Both the position numbers and the translations under genes were made by a program. The notes beneath the pieces are model-generated. The model was not told where the DNA came from, made no database searches, and was given only the letters and a program-made list of their open reading frames with translations. 64,000 bases of DNA. Source: Octopus sinensis (lineage: Eukaryota). Where the stretch lies: assembly GCF_006345805.1 (NCBI RefSeq), contig NC_043020.1, forward strand, positions 23,994,001 through 24,058,000, written 5' to 3'. Positions 27,285 to 40,355 of this stretch are shown one piece after another. The number at the start of each line of letters is the position of its first letter. Position 1 is the first letter of the stretch.

Positions 27285-27915
27285 AAAGATACCACTATCA
27301 ACAGCACCGCCCCCACCGTCACCACCATCACTGCCACCACAACTACCGTCATCACCGCCGCCACCAATGCCGCCACCAACGCCGCCATTACAACCACGCC
27401 CATACATCACCACCTCCACAACATCCACCTCCACCAACACTTGTTGCCACCGCCACATCTCCATCACCTCCACCTCCCACCACTAGCATCCATCACCACC
27501 ACCACCACCAACACCTCCACCGCCCACCACTACCATCACCACCACCGCCACCATCACCTTCACCTCCTACCACTACCATCCACCACCACCATCACCTCCA
27601 CCTCCCACCACTACCATCTACCACCACCACCATCACCTCCACCTCCTACCACTACCATCCACCACTACCACCTCCACCTCCGACCACTACTATCCACCAC
27701 CATCACCTCCGCCTCCCACCACTACCATCAACCCCACCACAACCACCAACACCGCCACCACCATTTGCTGCCACCGGCACAATTAACACCACCACCAGCT
27801 CCACAACCAATATATGCTCGATCACCAATAACACTACTACCACCAACGACACTACTGGCATCACCGCCATCGCCACCACCAACACCAGCATCAGCAGCAA
27901 CAACAACAACATCAT
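27285..27915. repeat. Degenerate (ACC)n low-complexity tract
   Basis: Direct inspection. Confidence 0.85.
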
Positions 27916-28040
27916 TACTTCTCATGCAAGAACCACACGTTCTGCAGACATTTTGGCAATATGTTTACAGCATTATACTTCATCGAGGAACATTTGTTGC
28001 CAAAATATGATGTGACGACCATATCTCAAATAACAGCAAG

Positions 28041-28096
<56 letters not shown>

Positions 28097-28802
28097 AATG
28101 ATGGAGGGAGTGGCTGTGTGAGTGGATAATGGTTCAAGGAACGCTCAATGAAGTCTCCAGATGGCAAGAATTTAGCAGAAATTTGGTGTTCAAGAGTTGA
28201 TCACGTCAGCAGGAAATAGGATTAATATGATGAGCCGGTGTCAGCTATACGCTTGTGAAATCAATAAGCTTCGCTGGGACGGATGTGTGTGTGTGTGTGT
28301 GTTTCGGTGTGAGTGTGTGTATTAGGATGTACATGAATATTATGTGGACATGAACGTGTGCAGTATATGCATATACGCATATATATACAATGTATATATA
28401 TATATATATATAATATATATATATAATATATTATATATATATATGTGTGTGTGTGTGTCGTGTATCTGTCTGTAGCTGTATGTATACCGATATAAACCAC
28501 AAATTCACATACATATAGATCTACAGGTATGCTTCTGTGTGTGTGTATATGTTCAAACATTCATACGCACGCATATATATGCATACATAGAAACTTAAGT
28601 AGATTTATGGTTTTACATATACGCATAGAACCGTACACACACAGACATACATATGTATATACACGTGTATGTGTACCTCTATATTTAAGAATATTTATTT
28701 TAATATATTCGCATACCTGTGTAGGTTTTGTATGTATGCGTGACTCATTTTAATACATTGTACTTGAATATTCCATTGCCAAGTATGTATTCGGCATGGA
28801 TA

Positions 28803-28885
<83 letters not shown>

Positions 28886-28991
28886 TATATATATACATCA
28901 CACATATACACGTTTATACATTTTACATACAGAGACACACACACATATATATATATCATGTGTACACATGTTTTATTTATACACCCACACA

Positions 28992-29044
<53 letters not shown>

Positions 29045-29224
29045 TTATATGTGTGTGTATATCTACATTTTACATATATATCATATATATACATATGTAC
29101 ACATTTTATATGTATATATCAAAAGTGAGTTAGGAAGTGAGAGAGAAGAGCAACGAACAACCCACTCATCATTACTCATTACTCATACAACACAATCACG
29201 TATTTCATAATTTCATAAACACTC

Positions 29225-29322
29225 AACTACCTACTTACCTACCTACCTACCTACCTACCTACCTACCTACCTACCTACCTACCTACCTACTTACCTACCT
29301 ACCTACCTACCTACCTACCTAC

Positions 29323-29392
<70 letters not shown>

Positions 29393-29395
29393 CTC
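29225..29395. repeat. (CTAC)n/(CTAT)n compound microsatellite
   Basis: Direct inspection. Confidence 0.95.
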
Positions 29396-29649
29396 TCTTT
29401 TTCTCTATGTATCTATATATTCGTTTGTGTATATGTGTGTGAGTATGTGCATCCATGTGTAACAAAGCAAGAGGTATAAACGTGTTCCATTGTAACATGG
29501 CGAGAACTTGAACTGCGTCTAGAACCAACTCATCGGAGATTTCTCTACAGAAAATGATACCTGTGATGACACATGACATGAAGAAGAAGAACAACACACA
29601 ACACGCACGTACAGAGGTTCATACATAACAGACTTAGCTACGTCATAAG

Positions 29650-29970
29650 ATGCGGCTGTGTGGTAAGAGATTTGCTTCCCAATCAAATGGTTCTGTGTTC
29701 AGTCCCACTGCACGGCAACACTTCTACTGTCTCCTCGGGCGAACAAGACACATGTGAGTGAATTTGGTAGACGAAAACTGAAAAAAGCCCGTCGTATATG
29801 TATATATATGCGCGTGTTTGTGCTTGTCAGCAGTCACTGCTTGACAACCGGTGTAGGTGTGTTTACAACCCCATAACATAGAGATTACATGGCTTTTAAA
29901 AAAAGTTCTAGGGTTGATACATTCGACTAAAACTTCTTCAAGGCAATACCCAGCTGGCCGAGGAATAATG
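29650..29970 (+). mobile_element. Composite family B SINE
   Basis: Head, short TA/TG tract and gcttgacaaccgg..module in series. Confidence 0.75.
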
Positions 29971-29980
29971 GCCAAAAGAC

Positions 29981-30228
29981 ATATGCTTTATGTGTTTTCC
30001 GGTGGCTGCAATGGCATAGCGGAGTATATAACTCTCATGTCACCGAGACGGGTAGGGGCTGTTGATAAGCCACAAAAATGGCGAAACATCGATGTCCCTC
30101 CCTCCCAAATTGGATTGAGCGTGAGTTATCTTGCCTGTCCATGGCTCTAAGGTGTTTTAACACGGGCGACATAAGAGTTATATACTCCGCTACGCCATTG
30201 CAGCCACCGGAAAACACACAAAACATAT
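29981..30228. repeat. Inverted repeat, 64-bp arms, 120-bp spacer
   Basis: 29981-30044 versus 30165-30228 with about 5-6 mismatches. Confidence 0.9.
30055..30100 (+). ncRNA. Hammerhead-like motif with variant core
   Basis: gggg-CTGTTGA-taa-GCCA caaaaa TGGC-GAAA-CATCGATG-T-C-cctc; palindromic stem III ACATCGATGT, GUC site. Confidence 0.5.
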
Positions 30229-30278
30229 ACATTTGTATATGTATTTAACAATATTTATTATACTAGAGCTGTTTTTAC

Positions 30279-30323
<45 letters not shown>

Positions 30324-30934
30324 TTGCACACAAAGTGTAAGAATAGTTTTAAGAGACGCCTAATAGGTAAGCAAAACGCGCTTACACTTTGTGGTTTAGA
30401 TTCCTTTGAGCAAAACATCATTTCATGTTCCTCAGCTGGTTACCCGGGAATAAACCGGCGTCACTTTCAATGGAAAGGTCGGTCGTGATTTAGGTCACTT
30501 TTACGCCGCAGGCCTGCCTACCTGACCGGTGCAGTGGCATCGTTTGAATGATACGGCGGTAAGAAGAAGCGCATAGTGATCAGCGTAGCGTTACAACATT
30601 TAGTGGCTATAGTGATACACGATGTATATGAAAAAATGTGAGAAAAGCGAAAATGGAACTCATGAGATTCTTTGTTAATCACAACGATCGCTTCGACCCA
30701 ACCTTAATGGGTCCTACATGAGTGAGATAACGTACAAATGGTTGAGGTGCATCGTTTGGTGCAGATGTGTCTCGACAGGTGACTTTTCGAAAGGTCCCTC
30801 TCTCAATAAACTCGGTTCCACTTAGTTCGATTGCAATGCATTTCGTTATTTGCCTGTAGCTAGTTGCATTCGGGGTTTCCTCGTTCGGGGTTTCACGTTG
30901 TACATGTGCCCGCTTGCATCTTGATGCATAGAAT

Positions 30935-31235
30935 ATTCGGCTTATGATTGAAAGGTCATGGAGTTCGATTCCTGGCGGTGGCGTGTTGTGCCCTTGGGCA
31001 AGACACTTTATTTCATGTTGCTCCCGTCCACTCAGCTGATAAAAAAGAGTTGTACCTGTATTTCAAAGGGCCAGCCTTGTCACATACCGCGTAATAATGA
31101 ATATTCCTGAGAACTCTGGTAAGGGTACACGCGTCTGTGGAGTACTCAGCCACTTGCACGTTATTTTCACGAACAAGCCGTTTCGTTGATCGGATCAACT
31201 GGAACTCTCGTCGTCGTCGTAACCGACGGAGTTCC
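30935..31235 (+). mobile_element. tRNA-derived SINE family C
   Basis: gagttcgattcctgg..gttgtgcccttgggcaagacactttatttc..gtactcagccacttgcacg. Confidence 0.7.
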
Positions 31236-31703
31236 CCTTCTCCTGTGCCTGAGCCTAAAAATGTGCAAGAACTCAGCATGGTTAACCAAGTCAATAAGAG
31301 GTTCACTTCGTAAGCACTCGGTCCAACGTGACTTTTGCTAATGCCTCTCGGTTAATGAAAACCTTGTGACGGGAATCTGGGCAAATGGAAATTGTTCGGA
31401 AGCATGTCAGACATTCTTTACCCGTAATTCAAAAGTCTAGAGATGCCATATTATGAAAGGCGTGGTCAGAATACTCAGTCATTTACACGCTTGTTCAATA
31501 TATATAAATATATATATATATATGTATATTTCGTTCAGTTGATTAAACAACTGTAAACTCATCGCCGACTGCGACTGAGATCCGTTACTTCTATATTTAT
31601 AAATAAATATACAATTCTGAATTTAGTCATGGTTTGTGCATTAAGAGAAAAAAACACATCTATCAAATACCCAGCTGAGTATATATTATATATTATATAT
31701 ATA

Positions 31704-31743
<40 letters not shown>

Positions 31744-31937
31744 GGAGTATATACATTAATGTTTGAATTATTTCATTTATACTTTCAATGATGTATGTAT
31801 ACGCACACATACATAGATACATAACCACATGCATGCATATATGTATACGATTTGAATATCTACACATGTATATATAATTACAATGTGTGACTATTTTCGA
31901 ATAGATATCCATATATATGTAATATATATACACAATC

Positions 31938-31980
<43 letters not shown>

Positions 31981-32132
31981 GTATATATATATATGAATAT
32001 ATATATATATTTATGCAATATGTGCGTGTGTGTGTGTATACATACTGAGACGTTTGTAAATCCCTGTATGTAAATATGTATAAACCTCTCTCTCTCATAT
32101 ATTTATATATATATGTATATATATATCATATA

Positions 32133-32169
<37 letters not shown>

Positions 32170-32286
32170 TATATATATAGTTCAAAGTTGCGCGTGTATG
32201 GTCGTGTATGTGTTTGTCTCTCTGTATATATGTGTGTGTGCATGTGTTTGTATATTAGGGCGTGCATGAGGGTATGTGTGTGTGTG

Positions 32287-32320
<34 letters not shown>

Positions 32321-32414
32321 CAAGGGTACGAATGTTGATGAATATGTAACGCTTGAATAACAGTTTGATGTATTTCCCTAACGGGAAAGGAAGCTATCTC
32401 TTCATTTCGCAACA

Positions 32415-32449
<35 letters not shown>

Positions 32450-32676
32450 ATAAACTTACATAAATATACATATAATTATAACACACACACACACACACAC
32501 ACACAGAAACAATTGCAAACACACTGCAAGTAATAACCGCCATATATGAGAGTAGGTGTGTATGTGTGCGTTTGCATGCTTGTGTGTGTGCATGTTTATA
32601 TGTATGTGGTTGGCTGTTCATATATAAACATCTGGATCAATAAACCTGGATTTAGCCATATCGATGGATTAAAACT

Positions 32677-32688
32677 TTATCTATCTAC

Positions 32689-32768
<80 letters not shown>

Positions 32769-32769
32769 A

Positions 32770-32824
<55 letters not shown>

Positions 32825-32825
32825 G
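32677..32825. repeat. (TATC)n microsatellite
   Basis: Direct inspection. Confidence 0.95.
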
Positions 32826-33176
32826 CACATATATATATAAAGTCCGGTTAATCTCTCTCTCTATCGTTATATATATATATATATATATAGTAATAATGAA
32901 GGGTGAAATTAATTAATTTGGAAAAATTATCAATTACACCAAGTAGTCTTCGGCATGTAAAAGCCTCATTCGAGGAAAATTTAAGTAATACTAAGCAATA
33001 AGGGTTTAGCAACGAGTTGCCTTACCACATACCGAATTTAGAAATAGCAGTCAAAGGGTTATAGCTATTTCTTCTACTAAAAAGGGAGATCTCAGTAAAA
33101 ACAGCATTTGGAAGGCAGACACAAACAGGTAAGAGAGAATGAATTGACTGCAATCTATCATACATTTTTTTAGTTA

Positions 33177-33281
33177 TCCACGGACGTACGTTTCGAAATC
33201 AAGTTTTTAGGAAAGCATAAGATTAAATATTAAATATTAAATAATTCTATCTACCGAAACTTCTTTTCTCTTCAGCGTAGA
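33177..33281 (-). ncRNA. Type I hammerhead ribozyme fold, unit 1
   Basis: Minus strand tctacg-CTGAAGA-[GAAA..TTTC long stem II]-GAAA-CGTACG-T-C-cgtgga. Confidence 0.75.
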
Positions 33282-33770
33282 ATACTATAATCATAAATGA
33301 TTATATATTGATTTTGAGATACCAGAAGGCACCAACTCAACTCAGTATCAGAGCGAGCTAGAATCCGCAACTGGTATCACCGAATTCAATTTGTGAATGA
33401 AACGATTGTGTCAACAGCCCCTTCCCACCCGCGTGTAGCCAAAACAAGATGCTGTGGTCATCTACTGAGATAAAATATGTTATCCGTAATAATGAAGGGT
33501 GAAATTATTAATTTGGAAAAATTATCAATTACACCAAGTAGTCTTCGGCATGTAAAAGCCTCATTCGAGGAAAATTTAAGTAATACTAAGCAATAAGGGT
33601 TTAGCAACGAGTTGCCTTACCACATACCGAATTTAGAAATAGCAGTCAAAGGGTATAGCTATTTCTTCTACTAAAAAGGGAGATCTCAGTAAAAACAGCA
33701 TTTGGAAGGCAGACACAAACAGGTAAGAGAGAATGAATTGACTGCAATCTATCATACATTTTTTTAGTTA

Positions 33771-33876
33771 TCCACGGACGTACGTTTCGAAATCAAGTTT
33801 TTAGGAAAGCATAAGATTAAATATTAAATATTAAATAATTCTATCTTACCGAAACTTCTTTTCTCTTCAGCGTAGA
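33771..33876 (-). ncRNA. Type I hammerhead ribozyme fold, unit 2
   Basis: Same intact core; 594 nt from the unit 1 site. Confidence 0.75.
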
Positions 33877-34663
33877 ATACTATAATCATAAATGATTATA
33901 TATTGAATTTTGAGATACCAGAAGGCACCAACTCAACTCAGTATCAGAGCGAGCTAGAATCCGCAACTGGTATCACCGAATTCAATTTGTGAATGAAACG
34001 ATTGTGTCAACAGCCCCTTCCCACCCGCGTGTAGCCAAAACAAGATGCTGTGGTCATCTACTGAGATAAAATATGGTTCCGTAATAATGAAGGGTGAAAT
34101 TAATTAATTTGGAAAAATTATCAATTACACCAAGTAGTCTTCGGCATGTAAAAGCCTCATTCGAGGAAAATTTAAGTAATACTAAGCAATAAGGGTTTAG
34201 CAACGAGTTGCCTTACCACATACCGAATTAGAAATAGCAGTCAAAGGGATATAGCTATTTCTTCTACTAAAAAGGGAGATCTCAGTAAAAACAGCATTTG
34301 GAAGGCAGACACAAACAGGTAAGAGAGAATGAATTGACTGCAATCTATCATTACTTAAATTATTACTTAAATTTCCTCGAATGAGGCTTTTACATGCCGA
34401 AGACTACTTGGTGTAATTGATAATTTTCCAATTAATTAATTTCACCCTTCATTATTACGGATAACCATATTTTATCTCAGTAGATGACCACAGCATCTTG
34501 TTTTGGCTACACGCGGGTGGGAAGGGGCTGTTGACACAATCGTTTCATTCACAATTGAATTCGGTGATACCAGTTGCGGATTCTAGCTCGCTCTGATACT
34601 GAGTTGAGTTGGTGCCTTCTGGTATCTCAAAATTCAATATATAATCATTTATGATTATAGTAT

Positions 34664-34769
34664 TCTACGCTGAAGAGAAAAGAAGTTTCGGTAAGATAGA
34701 ATTATTTAATATTTAATATTTAATTCTTATGCTTTCCTAAAAACTTGATTTCGAACGTACGTCCGTGGA
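34664..34769 (+). ncRNA. Hammerhead copy in inverted monomer, one A missing (GAAC)
   Basis: tctacgCTGAAGA..tttcGAACGTACGTCcgtgga; 1-nt deletion may be a sequencing error. Confidence 0.5.
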
Positions 34770-34962
34770 TAACTAAAAAAATGTATGATAGATTGCAGTC
34801 AATTCATTCTCTCTTACCTGTTTGTGTGCTGCCTTCCATGCTGTTTTACTGAGATCTCCCTTTTTAGTAGAAGAAATAGCTATACCCTTTGACTGCTATT
34901 TCTAAATTCGGTATGTGGTAAGGCAACTCGTTGCTAACCCTTATTGCTTAGTATTACTTATA

Positions 34963-35000
<38 letters not shown>

Positions 35001-35281
35001 ATAATGAAGGGTGAATTAATTAATTGGAAAAATTATCAATTACACCAAGTAGTCTTCGGCATGTAAAAGCCTCATTCGAGGAAAATTTAAGTAATACTAA
35101 GCAATAAGGGTTTAGCAACGAGTTGCCTTACCACATACCGAATTTAGAAATAGCAGTCAAAGGGTTATAGCTATTTCTTCTACTAAAAAGGGAGATCTCA
35201 GTAAAAACAGCATTTGGAAGGCAGACACAAACAGGTAGAGAGAATGAATTGACTGCAATCTATCATACATTTTTTTAGTTA

Positions 35282-35387
35282 TCCACGGCGTACGTTTCGA
35301 AATCAAGTTTTTAGGAAAGCATAAGAATTAAATATTAAATATTAAATAATTCTATCTTACCGAAACTTCTTTTCTCTTCAGCGTAGA
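35282..35387 (-). ncRNA. Hammerhead copy lacking U16.1
   Basis: Plus strand ccacggcgtacgtttc versus ccacggacgtacgtttc in the other units. Confidence 0.5.
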
Positions 35388-35878
35388 ATACTATAATCAT
35401 AAATGATTATATATTGAATTTTGAGATACCAGAAGGCACCAACTCAACTCAGTATCAGAGCGAGCTAGAATCCGCAACTGGTATCACCGAATTCAATTTG
35501 TGAATGAAACGATGTGTCAACAGCCCCTTCCCACCCGCGTGTAGCCAAAACAAGATGTGGGTCATCTACTGAGATAAAATATGGTTATCCGTAATAATGA
35601 AGGGTGAATTATTAATTTGGATAAAAAAATTATCAATTACACCAAGTAGTCTTCGGCATGTAAAAGCCTCATTCGAGGAAAATTTAAGTAATACTAAGCA
35701 ATAAGGGTTTAGCAACGAGTTGCCTTACCACATACCGAATTTAGAAATAGCAGTCAAAGGGTTATAGCTATTTCTTCTACTAAAAAGGGAGATCTCAGTA
35801 AAAACAGCATTTGGAAGGCAGACACAAACAGGTAAGAGAGAATGAATTGACTGCAATCTATCATCCATTTTTTAGTTA

Positions 35879-35983
35879 TCCACGGACGTACGTTTCGAAA
35901 TCAAGTTTTTAGAAAGCATAAGAATTAAATATTAAATATTAAATAATTCTATCTTACCGAAACTTCTTTTCTCTTCAGCGTAG
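35879..35983 (-). ncRNA. Type I hammerhead ribozyme fold, block 2 unit 2
   Basis: Intact core; stem I shortened by a tag duplication. Confidence 0.7.
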
Positions 35984-36778
35984 TAGAATACTATAATCAT
36001 AAATGATTATATATTGAATTTGAGAGATACCAGAAGGCACCAACTCAACTCAGTATCAGAGCGAGCTAGAATCCGCAACTGGTATCACCGAATCAATTTG
36101 TGAATGAAACGATTGTGTCAACAGCCCCTTCCCACCCGGTGTAGCCAAAACAAGATGCTGTGGTCATCTACTGAGATAAAATATGGTTATCGTAATAATG
36201 AAGGGTGTGAATAATTAATTTGGAAAAATTATCAATTACACCAAGTAGTCTTCGGCATGTAAAAGCCTCATTCGAGGAAAATTTAAGTAATACTAAGCAA
36301 TAAGGGTTTAGCAACGAGTTGCCTTACCACATACCGAATTTAGAAATAGCAGTCAAAGGGATATAGCTATTTCTTCTACTAAAAAGGGAGATCTCAGTAA
36401 AAACAGCATTTGGAAGGCAGACACAAACAGGTAAGAGAGAATGAATTGACTGCAATCTATCATTACTTAAATTATTACTTAAATTTTCCTCGAATGAGGC
36501 TTTTACATGCCGAAGACTACTTGGTGTAATTGATAATTTTTCCAAATTAATTAATTTCACCCTTCATTATTACGGATAACCATATTTTATCTCAGTAGAT
36601 GACCACAGCATCTTGTTTTGGCTACACGCGGGTGGGAAGGGGCTGTTGACACAATCGTTTCATTCACAATTGAATTCGGTGATACCAGTTGCGGATTCTA
36701 GCTCGCTCTGATACTGAGTTGAGTTGGTGCCTTCTGGTATCTCAAAATTCAATATATAATCATTTATGATTATAGTAT

Positions 36779-36885
36779 TCTACGCTGAAGAGAAAAGAAG
36801 TTTCGGTAAGATAGAATTATTTAATATTTAATATTTAATTCTTATGCTTTCCTAAAAACTTGATTTCGAAACGTACGTCCGTGGA
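36779..36885 (+). ncRNA. Type I hammerhead ribozyme fold, inverted monomer of block 2
   Basis: tctacg 36779-84, CTGAAGA 36785-91, GAAA 36868-71, GTC 36877-79, cgtgga 36880-85. Confidence 0.75.
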
Positions 36886-37075
36886 TACTAAAAAAATGTA
36901 TGATAGATTGCAGTCAATTCATTCTCTCTTACCTGTTTGTGTCTGCCTTCCAAATGCTGTTTTACTGAGATCTCCCTTTTTAGTAGAAGAAATAGCTATA
37001 ACCCTTTGACTGCTATTTCTAAATTCGGTTGTGGTAAGCAACTCGTTGCTAAACCCTTATTGCTTAGTATTACTT

Positions 37076-37114
37076 ATATATATATATAATATTATTATTA
37101 TATATATATATATA

Positions 37115-37188
<74 letters not shown>

Positions 37189-37190
37189 AA
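37076..37190. repeat. (TA)n microsatellite
   Basis: Direct inspection. Confidence 0.95.
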
Positions 37191-37699
37191 GCCTGGTACT
37201 TAATAGTTCGGATCTTATGCGACCGCTAGGTTCCGGGGACGGAAGGGCACATTAGCGGTTGTGAAGCGTGGTAGTAGAATACAAAGAGGGGTAGGAGGAG
37301 GTTTGATTTTCTGTAATAAGTTTAAGGATGTAATCGTTTTAAAGAATCATGAATGGAAAAGATTAAAGATTATATAAAAGGTCTATGGATATGGAAATCG
37401 ATACGAAAATAGATAAGGAGATAAATAGACAGAGGGCTAAGCAGATCGATAAATAGATAAGTATAGATAGATAGACAGATAGATCCATCGATTCGTATCG
37501 ATAGATAAATAGAAAGATAGATAAGATAGATACCTAGATAGCTAGATTAATTAGTTAGATGGATGGATGGATGGATGGATGGATAGACAGACAGACAGAT
37601 AGATATATAGAGATCTTACTTTATACGTGGCGTATGACCCGCTGAGAGCCCTGTTGCAACGTCAATATCTACTTCTAGTACAAAAACACCAATTCCGAA

Positions 37700-38160
37700 C
37701 TACCCATCCATCTCCTAAGGGGATCTAGACTCAGTAAGATCCTGGACTCTCATTCTTACCTTGCATAAACTGGAGTGCAAGGCCCTCTATACAGGACGGC
37801 TTTGTCTTAACCCGTTCCAGGGACTAGGCCACTAGAATCCACCTCTTCCACAGCTTCCACCACAACATCCAGTTCGACATTGAAAACCCAGCCGATAATT
37901 CCTCGTTAAGCCTCTTGGATTTCAACGTCTTTTTTGCTTCGAAGCATTGCAACAATCCGATTCTCTGAGAAAGAAGCAAAGAAAGATGTCTCCCTCCCCT
38001 TGGCGTGACATTTAATGATCTCAACTGAAACCTGAGTGGGTGTGCCGGATATTTGTACATCTCAGCTTTGTACGGAAGGATTTTACTAAGATGCTGTGTT
38101 TAAGTGAATACGGGTCACGTTTCATGCAGAAAGTGTGAGACTTGCTTGGCACACAAGCAA
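37700..38160 (+). mobile_element. Decayed Penelope-like reverse transcriptase fragment
   Basis: ..LHKLECKALY.. / QDGFVLTRSRD*ATRIHLFHSFHHNIQFDIENPADNSSLSLLDFNV resembles the PLE RT motif F/LNS.HPNI.F..E....LxxLD; stops and frameshifts. Confidence 0.5.
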
Positions 38161-38294
38161 GGGCATGCCGCGAGAGGACCGTCTGTGGAGCCCACAGCGG
38201 CGAGAACCGATGGCGCAATTGGTGTCACAGCCCGCTGAGTCGGCATCTATCGGAACCTGGCGCAGTGCAGACACGAAGTGGCAGAACTTGCGTA

Positions 38295-38565
38295 GACGTA
38301 AACACACAACCACTAGTTGTCAAGCGATGATATGGGACAAACACACACACAGGCGCACGCACACACATACACACACACACACACGCGCACGCGCACACAC
38401 ACACATACACCCGCACGTATATTCGACAGGTTTGTTACCGTTCACCAAGTCCTCTTACAAGGGTTTGGTCGGCCCGAGTTTCTAGTAGGAAACACTTGTC
38501 CAAGGTCCCACGTCATGGCCTGAACCTGGAACCATGTGATTGAGAAGGAAACTTCTTACCCCACA
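38295..38565 (-). mobile_element. Composite family B SINE
   Basis: Head at 38425-38565, (CA)n, partial 3' module. Confidence 0.7.
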
Positions 38566-38660
38566 ACTATTTATGAAAATATATCGTTATGTATGTATGA
38601 AAATATATATGTATATATACATACACACACGCACACATATATATATATATCTATATATAG

Positions 38661-38695
<35 letters not shown>

Positions 38696-38711
38696 ATATA
38701 TATATATAATA

Positions 38712-38767
<56 letters not shown>

Positions 38768-39500
38768 GTATATATCTATATATATATATATATATACACA
38801 GTGCAAGAAAGGGGGAGATCGATGTATGGGTATATCCTGTGTTCACTCGTGCATGAACTACCGATATACAATCATAGGAATTTGCCAATCACCAAGATAC
38901 AAACACTTGAATACACGAAACATTTTTATATGAATTTTAAATCACTTCAGTGCTTAATCCCTCCTTTCTCTCTCCCACTCTCTCTCTCTCCCTCTCTTTC
39001 TGTACATCAGAAATACACAAATTTGCATAAATGTAAAAATGAGAAGGGAATTATTTAACAGTTATTCGTAAGTTGGTTAAAAATTGATGAAATATATATA
39101 TATCTATGTTTTCGAAAGTTCCAAAAATACGTAAATATTTTCAAATATTAAATTTGTATAATTGCGTACTTTGGTTGCGTGATCAGAAATAATGATTGAA
39201 AAGATGTTGAATTTGAAGAACAATAGAATAAAAGAACAAAGGAACATGGGAACACGCATTTGGCATTATCAAAAAAAAAAATGTAGATATGGTTTTGCAA
39301 ACATGCATATCTTAGTGTGCATTCATTTGGGAGCGCGAATAGAGAATGAGGGCTACACCTCTGCTTAGCCGCACATAGATTCGCACATATATATATATAT
39401 ACGCACACACGTAATATATATATATATATATAAATGCGGCCATATATAGTACTCATGCAAGTATCCATGATATGCTTGCATTTACATGTGTGAGTAAACA

Positions 39501-39533
<33 letters not shown>

Positions 39534-39553
39534 CAATTTTATACACGCACACA

Positions 39554-39652
<99 letters not shown>

Positions 39653-39693
39653 TATATACATACATATATATATTCATATACATTTGTATGTAC

Positions 39694-39724
<31 letters not shown>

Positions 39725-39726
39725 GT

Positions 39727-39775
<49 letters not shown>

Positions 39776-39918
39776 CACATTCATTCATATATATAATTCA
39801 CACAAAAACACAAGCTTAAACGATGGTGTGCTCAGCCATTTTATACGCACTTTCATATACACATGTAACACACACACACACACAGACACACATACATACA
39901 CACACACACACATACACA

Positions 39919-39950
<32 letters not shown>

Positions 39951-40159
39951 GTGAGATACAGACACTAACGCACACCCAAACACTTAAATTAATTTCTGTC
40001 GACTGGACAAGAAGAGATAACTTACGGTAGTCATTAACTAAAAAACATTCTTTAATCAATTTTAATTAAACATCTCATGGATGTCGGTACCACGTGTTCC
40101 ATAACGCCGGCTTTTAAATATACTCCATCTCACACATATATACATTCATGTAGGCAGGT

Positions 40160-40257
<98 letters not shown>

Positions 40258-40280
40258 GTCTGTCTGTCTATCTATCTATA

Positions 40281-40344
<64 letters not shown>

Positions 40345-40355
40345 CTTCTATCTAT
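40160..40355. repeat. (TATC)n microsatellite
   Basis: Direct inspection. Confidence 0.95.

Larger units (their letters stand above)
32890..37075. mobile_element. Non-coding ~595-bp tandem/inverted array with hammerheads (retrozyme-like or Penelope pLTR-like), two 2.1-kb blocks bounded by (TA)n
   Basis: Unit starts at 32890, 33486, 34081 (truncated ~34350); inverted monomer 34363-34959; second block 34998, 35591, 36192; inverted monomer 36475-37075; no unit-internal ORF in the track. Confidence 0.8.

Noticed and set aside
27165-28010. 281-aa His/Pro/Thr-rich ORF
   Set aside because: Begins inside a minus-strand SINE head and runs through a degenerate ACC tract that is open in several frames
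36488-36520. Second hammerhead in the 595-bp unit (cgaatga-ggc..gcc-gaag)
   Set aside because: Stem II-like hairpin is present, but the core reads CGAAUGA/GAAG and stems I and III do not form
32890-37075. CRISPR array or rDNA/snRNA tandem cluster
   Set aside because: Units are ~595 bp with no repeat-spacer pattern and no similarity to 5S, U-snRNA or rRNA that I recognise
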